Shown here: in pieces, positions 61,878 through 64,000 of the stretch
How the letters are laid out: each line of letters begins with the position of its first letter
How positions within the stretch are numbered: position 1 is the first letter of the stretch
DNA from: Naegleria gruberi
Lineage: Eukaryota
Length of the DNA stretch: 64,000 nt
Assembly: GCA_000004985.1 (NCBI GenBank)
Contig: GG738852.1
Strand: one strand, 5' to 3'
Program-made: the position numbers and the translations under genes
Notes under the pieces: model-generated
What the model was told of the DNA's origin: nothing
What the model saw: the letters and a program-made list of their open reading frames with translations, nothing else
Databases searched by the model: none

Positions 61878-63029
61878 ATGCCTTCCCTTCATGATGAAAC
61901 AAAGAGTGAATCACAAGTCATCATTACCGAAGATCAAATTCACAAGTGGACATTTTCCAAACTGTGCACTAAGTTCTCCCAATCAACACTCCCATGGAAT
62001 CCTTTCAATAATCTACTACAAGAGAAAGTTCCCTTCTCAAATTCCTTCAAATCATCCAAGACAATCTATGGCTCTGGTAATTGTTCATCGAGACCAACTG
62101 ATTTTTATCTTCCATTCGATGTAAAAATTTCACTGATTAGTAATTTGATGATTGTTGCAGATAGGGAAAATTTTGCAATCAAGTTTTTTGATTTGAACAC
62201 AAAGGAATCGAAGGCTGTTTACAAGCTTGTTGATCAAAAAGAGAATATGAATGCATTGTGTTTGGAATATTGTCGGTTTACCAACAAGGAATTTCTATAC
62301 GTTAGTTTTGAATCAAAAATTGAAAAGTATAACCTCAAAGAGTTAGTGGAATATTCTATTGTAAACTTTCCAATAATTAGTTTTGGAAGAAAGAAGCAGA
62401 AACCAAATGTTACAACTATACCACCATCAATTAAGGAAATATCACCACTATGGACCCTTACAACTCCTCAATTTCCACTTTGTATGGTCGTTAGGTATGG
62501 AAAATATGAGAATTTATTGTATGTTGCTTCTGCTGGTATACCAATCATTAGTTGTACAACTGGGAAGGTGGTCCAGTATTGTTTAGAGCGCCATGGTGAT
62601 GATAGAAAAGAAAATGTTATTGATTTACCATATGGGATTGATTTGATTGAAGAGGAGGGAAAAGCTTGTAGATTAGCCATTTCAGATAACTCAAAGAAAA
62701 GAGTAGCAATTTTGGAGGAAGATTCAAATTCCAAAGTGTGGAAATTCATCAAATATATTAAGGATGAACAAAATGAGGATGATGGATTCCTAGGAGCTGT
62801 TGGGTTGATACACGACAAGCTTAATGGGCAAATTATATGCTTGGATCAAGAAAGTTGCCGAATCAAAGTTTACAATAAGGACGGAAACAAATTAATCAAG
62901 GTTGTATTCCCACAACAAATTCAAGGACTCAATTTTTCCTTTCAGCCCAGATCATTGGATTTGGATTATCGTACTGGAATTTTATATGTGGCAGATACGT
63001 TTAATCATATCGTGCGATTATTCAAATAA
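61878..63029 (+). CDS. NHL-repeat beta-propeller protein (hypothetical)
   Basis: 383 aa. Repeated ..LYVASAG.., ..IICLDQESCRIKVYNKDG.. and ..ILYVADTFNHIVRLF match the NHL repeat consensus (V.D..N.RIQ.F). Confidence 0.55.
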   Translation: MPSLHDETKSESQVIITEDQIHKWTFSKLCTKFSQSTLPWNPFNNLLQEKVPFSNSFKSSKTIYGSGNCSSRPTDFYLPFDVKISLISNLMIVADRENFAIKFFDLNTKESKAVYKLVDQKENMNALCLEYCRFTNKEFLYVSFESKIEKYNLKELVEYSIVNFPIISFGRKKQKPNVTTIPPSIKEISPLWTLTTPQFPLCMVVRYGKYENLLYVASAGIPIISCTTGKVVQYCLERHGDDRKENVIDLPYGIDLIEEEGKACRLAISDNSKKRVAILEEDSNSKVWKFIKYIKDEQNEDDGFLGAVGLIHDKLNGQIICLDQESCRIKVYNKDGNKLIKVVFPQQIQGLNFSFQPRSLDLDYRTGILYVADTFNHIVRLFK

Positions 63030-63082
63030 AAACTTTGGAATTATAAGTTTAACATATTGGTGTTTCGTTAATAATGATTTAT

Positions 63083-63979
63083 TTAAACAGATAACCATTC
63101 AAAATCCAAGCTTTCACTACCTCCCATAACAATGGATGGGAAAACAGGTAAATCAATATTTGTGATACTTGTAGATGTTCCCTTGGTTACATTGGTAAAT
63201 GATAGCACTCTCTTATCACAATCTAGTTCCATAATGATTTCATCATTCACAGCAAATGGGAATGAACTTGAAGTATATTTGGTTGGTTCCCATTTGTAAG
63301 AATTTGCTGACATCATGTAACAACCATGACTATCGTATGGACTTACAAAGTCATCGAATATTTCATTCTCAACTCTGTCCTTCAAAGCTACACCTACGCC
63401 CAACCAGAAAGAGAATTTCTGAACCTTGATTTGCCACTTGTATTTTCCAGTTGAAAGTTCAGTCTTGTTGTAACACTTGATATAGGCATATTGACTGGTA
63501 TTACCATCAATTTTAACTTTTTGTGAATTGATTTTGGAGACTGTAAATTCATCATCTCTGAAAAGGAATTCAGTGGTACTATCAAATTCCTTGATACCAT
63601 ACTCTTTGAAACAATCTAATGAATTGCATTTCACCAAACCATATTTCATTTTCTTTTCAATTTCTACCATTTTACTCATAGCTTCCAATCTATTGCTTAA
63701 ATCGTGCAATGTCCAATCAGTGATAAATCTCAACATTGCAACGGTGGAAACTATTACCCCATTGACTTCTGTATTATCGAAAATATACAATATTTGTTCC
63801 GGACTCAACTTGTCAATCAATAATTTTCTAGACTCTTCATTACTATCAATTTCATTAAAGAATCTCTTGATTGAGAAGACTGATCTATTTACAATTTGTC
63901 GATCATAGGTATCTGCATTCTGAGAGATTGCTCTATTATAAATTACAAAAAAGTACTTGATAGCATCGAAAGGTTTCAT
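63083..63979 (-). CDS. SPRY/B30.2-domain protein. The N-terminus may extend beyond the window end.
   Basis: ..KYKWQIKVQKFSFWLGVGVALKD.., ..GCYMMSANSYKWE.. and ..FAVNDEIIMELDCDKRVLSF are the SPRY signature blocks. The frame remains open upstream of the ATG at 63979 to position 64000. Confidence 0.55.
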   Translation of the reverse strand: MKPFDAIKYFFVIYNRAISQNADTYDRQIVNRSVFSIKRFFNEIDSNEESRKLLIDKLSPEQILYIFDNTEVNGVIVSTVAMLRFITDWTLHDLSNRLEAMSKMVEIEKKMKYGLVKCNSLDCFKEYGIKEFDSTTEFLFRDDEFTVSKINSQKVKIDGNTSQYAYIKCYNKTELSTGKYKWQIKVQKFSFWLGVGVALKDRVENEIFDDFVSPYDSHGCYMMSANSYKWEPTKYTSSSFPFAVNDEIIMELDCDKRVLSFTNVTKGTSTSITNIDLPVFPSIVMGGSESLDFEWLSV

Positions 63980-64000
63980 TTGCTTGATTAAAAACTTGGC

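Noticed and set aside
1-64000. Dictyostelium discoideum as the source organism
   Set aside because: The Asn/Gln-rich proteins and TAA stops fit a dictyostelid. But GC content appears higher than about 22%, the introns (38-60 nt) are shorter than typical dictyostelid introns, and centriole-associated genes (FOP-like, LRRCC1-like) are present. The source organism is left open.
1-64000. Prokaryotic-type features (operons, CRISPR, rRNA, defence systems)
   Set aside because: Splice-site-delimited exons, eukaryote-specific genes (Mediator, Pol II Rpb4, PEX5, V-ATPase H, Mpp10) and the absence of direct-repeat/spacer arrays or rRNA-like conserved stretches rule these out.

Overview
The window is AT-rich eukaryotic nuclear DNA (roughly 33-36% GC by eye) and is very gene-dense, with about 35 protein-coding genes in 64 kb on both strands. 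The genetic code is standard and stops are mostly TAA. Many proteins carry N/Q/S/T/H-rich low-complexity inserts. Genes are intronless or carry very short spliceosomal introns. I resolved about 25 introns by hand. All are 36-101 nt, most 38-57 nt. Donors are GTAAGT, GTATGT or GTAGGT, and acceptors are often weak (TAG, CAG or AAG). The supplied ORF track therefore fragments many genes into 2-4 ORFs, and I re-joined them. The gene content includes centriole, peroxisome and mitochondrial proteins, a B12-branch enzyme, and RGS, PDE, FERM and MACPF-like proteins. This points to a free-living, possibly ciliated or flagellated amoeboid protist (Amoebozoa or Heterolobosea-like), not a fungus or ciliate. 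That taxonomic call is an inference only. Recognisable genes are an ankyrin-repeat acid lipase, an RGS protein, a TenA-ThiD thiamine salvage fusion, RPB4, an enhancer-of-polycomb-like protein, SUV3 helicase, a FOP-like centrosomal protein, a LYR protein, a LOG hydrolase, an Erg28-like protein, MMAB, an ACSF3-like acyl-CoA synthetase, MED10, MPP10, a FERM-LRR protein, V-ATPase subunit H, an LRR plus coiled-coil centrosomal-type protein, a HORMA-like protein, an ATP-grasp enzyme, GrpE, a secreted MACPF-like protein, PEX5, a class-I cyclic-nucleotide phosphodiesterase, an NHL-repeat protein and a SPRY protein. The most unusual element is an intronless, CACTA/En-Spm-type TNP2-like DNA transposase gene at 53.5-55.5 kb, interrupted by an assembly gap. 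There is also a tRNA-Ala(AGC)-derived pseudogene that has lost its T-arm. There is no rRNA, no CRISPR array and no intact tRNA. Two N-runs of 50 and 40 nt are assembly gaps inside ORFs.
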